DNA of 64,000 nt from Marsupella aquatica (taxonomy: Eukaryota > Plantae > Marchantiophyta), in contig OZ316899.1 in the NCBI GenBank assembly GCA_973895155.1, forward strand, positions 6,513,241 through 6,577,240. Direction: 5' to 3'. The position numbers and the translations under genes were made by a program. The notes below the pieces were generated by a model that did not search any database, had not been told where the DNA came from, and saw nothing but the letters and a program-made list of their open reading frames with translations. Shown piece after piece: positions 59,561 to 64,000 of the stretch; within the stretch, counting starts at the first letter, position 1, and each line of letters opens with the position of its first letter.

Positions 59561-62500
59561 ACAAAAGGCCATATTAGACGCTTCTGTAGAGCACCTACAC
59601 ATCTGGTTGATCTTTATAAGCAAAGTTTAAACAGAGAAACATATGAATCTCATGGAGCATTTCTAGAAGCCCCTACCATCTTACCAGAAATTCACCTCAT
59701 CTCCCAACCAAATGAGAACCCGAATGCACTAAATTGTTGCATAGTCGATAGTGCCACATCGCACACCATTCTACAGGACCCAAAATATTTTAAATTCATA
59801 ACTCCCTCCTACAGAAGAGTCACAACAATAATGGGCCAATATCAACTAGAAGAAGGCCACGACCCAGCTAAACTCATTTTACCCAACAGCAATACATACA
59901 CATAAAGTCAGCAATTTATGCTCCTAAGGCCACAAGAAATCTATTGAGCTTCAAAGACATCCGAGATAATAATTTGCACATACTCACCAATATAATTGAC
60001 TCCCGGGAGGTTCTACAAATTGTGGCAAAAACACCAACCGGTATACAAATAAAAGAGACATTAACTGCACTACCATCAGGTTTTTACACTACAAAAGCAT
60101 ATAGTTTTCATACAGAACTCAAGAATAGCACAATTACAGAAATATGGCATAACCGGTTGGGCCACCCTGGCATAACCGGTTGGGCCACCCTGGCACAACC
60201 ATGTTTTATAAGATCATAAAAGATTGCCAGGGCATACCATCTACAGTACACCCAAGATCACTCACATCTCCTTGCCTGGCCTGTTCAACAGGAAAGATAG
60301 TCACTAGACCAGCAGCCTCAACCACAGACAAAGCCATACCGAGATTCCTTGAGCGACTTCATGCTGATGTCTGTGGCCCAATAGATCCCCCAAGCGGACC
60401 CTTCCAATTTTTCTTAGCTCTTATATGTGCCTCGTCAAAATGGTCACAGATTTCTCTCCTATCTACCCAAAATCTGGTATTCCCAAGGATACTTGCCCAC
60501 GTTAAAAGCACAGTTCCCCAAAAATCCTATCAGGAAACTTCGAGTGGATCAGGCAAATTTACGTCACAAACATTTGATGACTTTTGTGTTTCAACAGGAA
60601 TTGAAGCTCAATACTCAGTTCCACATGTACACTTCCAAAACGGAATAGCAGAGTCACTCATCAAAAGATTACAGATGATTGCTCGGCCCCTGCTTATGCA
60701 AACAAATCTCCCTGCCTCTGCATGGGGCCATGCAGTTCTCCATGCAGCTACATTACTGAAATACAGACCATCAGCTTTTAATTCAAGTACACCATACAAT
60801 TTAGCTTTTGGTTCTTCCCCGAACATTTCACATCTCAGAACGTTTGGCTGTCAAGTATTGGTCCCAATATTGGGGCCTAAGAGGACAAAAATGGGACCAC
60901 AGCGCCAACCTGGCATTTATGTGGGTTTTGACTCCACAGCCATTATCCGCTACTTGGAGCCATCAACAACGGACGTATTCAAAGCACGTTTTGCTGATTG
61001 CCATTTTTATGAAACTATTTTCCCCAAGTTGGAGGTGACAAAAACCCATGGACACAAATTACCTAAAGATTTACAATGGCAAATCCAGACTGGATTTTGG
61101 AATGACCCTCAAATACAGCAAACAGATTCAGAAATTCAGTGCACACTGCACCTTACAAGAATGATGGATCAACTCCCTGATGCTTTCGCAGGTTCTGCTA
61201 AAGTGACTAGATCCCACATCCCAGCAGCGAACACTCCGTCCCGAATACAACACCTGGATATAACGGCAAATCAAACAGAACCTCGAGTCAAACGTGGGAG
61301 ACCAACTGGAGCAACAGATAAGCAGCCAAGGCAGAGGCGTTCCAAGGAGACCATACAGCCAGCATCAACCCCACCGACAACAAAGATACTTTTTGAAACA
61401 ATGCATCTCGAACATGAAGAAATTGCCATCAATTATCAACATACAGGACAAATCTGGGATCGGCGGACCACACCTTTGGATCATACGTTTGTATTCCAAA
61501 CATCACAAGATATCACTGAAGATTTACCTGATCCCAAAACGATCCTGGAGGCTAAAAAATGACACGATTGGACAAAATGGGAATCAACCATAAACTCCGA
61601 ATTGGATTCACTCATATAACGTAAAGCATTTGGACAGATTTCCCCGGTTTCACATGAAACCCACATAACTAGATACAAATGGATTTTTGTGAAGAAGCAA
61701 AATGCAAAAGGTGAAATAGTGAGATACAAAGCACGACTTGTGGCCCGAGGATTTGCACAAATCCCAGGAAGGGATTATGACTTGACTTATTCTCCAGTGA
61801 TGGATATCATCACCTACAGGTACCTCATAGCATTTGCAATACACTATAAACTTTCCATGCATCAACTGGATATAGTGACCGCATACCTGTATGGAAAACT
61901 TGACAAGAATATGGTAATGGTAATGTATTATAAGCTCCGGGACCATGAAAGTCAAAGGAGCTGCCACAAAAAGTAAAGTACAATGCAATCAAAGAAAAGA
62001 GCAACCAAAAGAGATTGCTCAGAAGAGGACAACTATGTCCTCAAAGAAACTATGGACCTAGAGAGCCCTGAAAGATTTTCCAAACCTATTCTCCTTTCCC
62101 TTTAGATGGAGGCTCCGCCTGAGCTGATAAGCAGGCTTAAATACCATAGTGAGGGGGAGAATTTCCCCAAAAGCCAAGAAGCTGGCCCTTTTGGCCACAC
62201 AAATCATGATGTGCTACTGAACACCTCACAGACAAATGCATATAAGGCTTCTCCAAAGCCAAGGATAAGATCAAAAGCTCGTACAGCTCAGATCTGCTTT
62301 GTAATTCAAGTACTGCGCTCACTGTATGGGCTGAAACAGAGCGGACGCACCTGGTATCAACGTTTTCAAGCAAAGATGATTGCAATGGGATTTACAAATG
62401 CAGATGTTGCCCCATGCATATTCATTAAACGAGAAGGAAAAGAACTAATCATTATAGCAATATACGTCAATGATCTAAACTTGTTTGGCACTAGCAAGAT

Positions 62501-63463
62501 AATGCTAGAAACAATCAAACTGCTCCAACGTATTTTTGAAATGCGAGATCTGGGAAAGACAACATTTTGTCTTGGCTTACAGTTCGAGCACTTACCTCAA
62601 GGTATCCTTCTCCACCAATCTACATACACTCGAAAAATGCTCAAGACATTCAAAATGCTCACAGCAAAGAGTGTAAAATCTCCAATGGACCTGCGTTCAC
62701 TGGATTGGAACAAAGATATTTTCCAAAAAAGAGAGGAGAACGAATCCCTACTGGGCTCGGAGAAGCCCTACCTATCTGCAATATGCGCCCTCATGTTCTT
62801 GGCAAGCCAAACACGACCGGACATTGCATTTGCAGTGAACCTGCTAGCACGCCATAGCTCACAGCCCACAATACGACATTGGAATGGGCTTAAACGAATC
62901 TTCCGCTATTTGAGTGGAACAATTGATCTTGGTTTACTCTACCCATCAGACATCGACATTACACTCTATGGTAATGCAGACGCAGGATACTTATCCGACC
63001 CTGTAGATGCAAAATCCCAGACAGGCTACGTATTTCTCACTGGACCTACAGCAATTTCTTGGAAGAGCACCAAGCAATCTCTCACTACAACATCATCTAA
63101 TCATTCAGAAATATTGCATTGTACGAAGCTAGCCGCGAATGCCTTTGGCTACGCACAGTAATAGACTACATTCTAGAAAACACAGGTATGTCGAAACTTA
63201 CTTCCCCCACTGTGATTTACGAAGACAATAGACCATGCGTCGAACAGATAGCCGCAAGATACATCAAAGGTGATAAAACGAAACATATTGCTCCAAAATT
63301 TTTATTTACATATGAACAGCAACATAAACAGATCGAAGTACAATGGATTCCCAGTAAACAGAACTCTGCCAACATATTCACAAAGGCTTTACCTCCTATC
63401 ACGCACAGTGAACTTACCAAAACTTTAGGGATGCGCAGCTTTACTTCACTCTTACAGGAATGA
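59561..63463 (+). pseudogene. pol: copia gag-pol (stops, frameshifts, ~23-bp duplication at ~60147-60195, LINE insertion)
   Basis: INT-RT-RH domain order; ORFs 59944, 60180, 61689, 62106, 63119. Confidence 0.95.
61912..62100 (-). mobile_element. LINE-B 3'-end insertion (~190 bp) in the copia RT
   Basis: Reverse complement of ~59344-59550; splits YGKLDKN / MEAPPE. Confidence 0.95.
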
Positions 63464-63911
63464 TGAAGAAACAAGTTCAAGAACTCATTGAATTCAGGGG
63501 GAGAATACACACAAAACAACGACCGAGAACGAGGAACAACACAAAATAACGATCACCCTGGCCCTTACGACAAATACATTTTGACGCTGAAGCTGCATCA
63601 ATCTACTCCTGAATGCCGACTCTCGACCAAAGAACCCTACTTTTCTCAAGACAAAGAGCATTGAGAGAACGCGCGACCACATGCGAATGAACAATATTTT
63701 ACATAACTCTAGTTAACCTAGTAATACCAAAAGTAACCATAAAAGATCTCATTATTTTTACACTATACTCCTATATTCAAACTTCTTTTTTGGTTGGTAA
63801 CACTCTTTCTCCCAGAAGACAACAGGGGAGTTTTAATGAGGTTACACCAATTATAGATCAAAACCCAACATAGACTTAAAGTTATTGCAACACTTCTACC
63901 CAAAATGTTGC

Positions 63912-64000
63912 AAAGGGGGAGTGTTATAATACATAGGTTAAGTCTAGACTTGGGTTATCTGGACACCTAGGATTAAGTTACCTTAACCTTAGGTAACTGC
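63912..64000 (+). repeat. Polypurine tract and beginning of copia 3' LTR
   Basis: aaagggggag immediately followed by TGTTATAAT at 63922. Confidence 0.8.

Larger units (their letters stand above)
59561..64000 (+). mobile_element. Ty1/copia, Bianca-like: gag knuckle remnant, PR, INT, RT, RH, PPT and start of 3' LTR
   Basis: KGHIRRFCRAPTHLVDLY, VDSATSHTIL, WHNRLGHPG, ADVCGPIDPP, YKARLVARGF, SLYGLKQSGR, IYVNDL, ADAGY, IYEDN. Confidence 0.95.

Overview
Transposon-dense eukaryotic DNA, probably heterochromatin from a land plant (spliceosomal GT-AG introns, plant TE families, many stop codons consistent with C->T decay). No ordinary host gene, RNA gene or CRISPR array is recognisable. In order, the window holds: (1) a partly duplicated Ty3/gypsy pol 3' end with an extra ORF (1-5164); (2) three different CACTA/En-Spm elements (5165-~14680, 17614-~27410, ~31920-39264); (3) an Athila-type LTR/PBS remnant; (4) a MITE; (5) two LINE families, one with open ORFs (27411-~31920) and one with 181-bp 5' monomers (54311-59560) plus four fragments; (6) two decayed multi-domain genes, DNA-methyltransferase-like/FCP1-HAD/ParB-like (41490-46364) and methyltransferase-like/Ulp1 (51380-54190); (7) a patchwork of short TE fragments; (8) a Bianca-like Ty1/copia (59561-64000). 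The standout: two diverged CACTA families (1 and 3) each carry a SET-domain (lysine methyltransferase-like) terminal exon between the transposase's first Zn-motif exon and its catalytic exons. All splice sites are phase 0, so one first exon could be joined to either the SET domain or the transposase. All domain calls are by-eye motif recognition; no database searches were run, and boundaries marked ~ are approximate.
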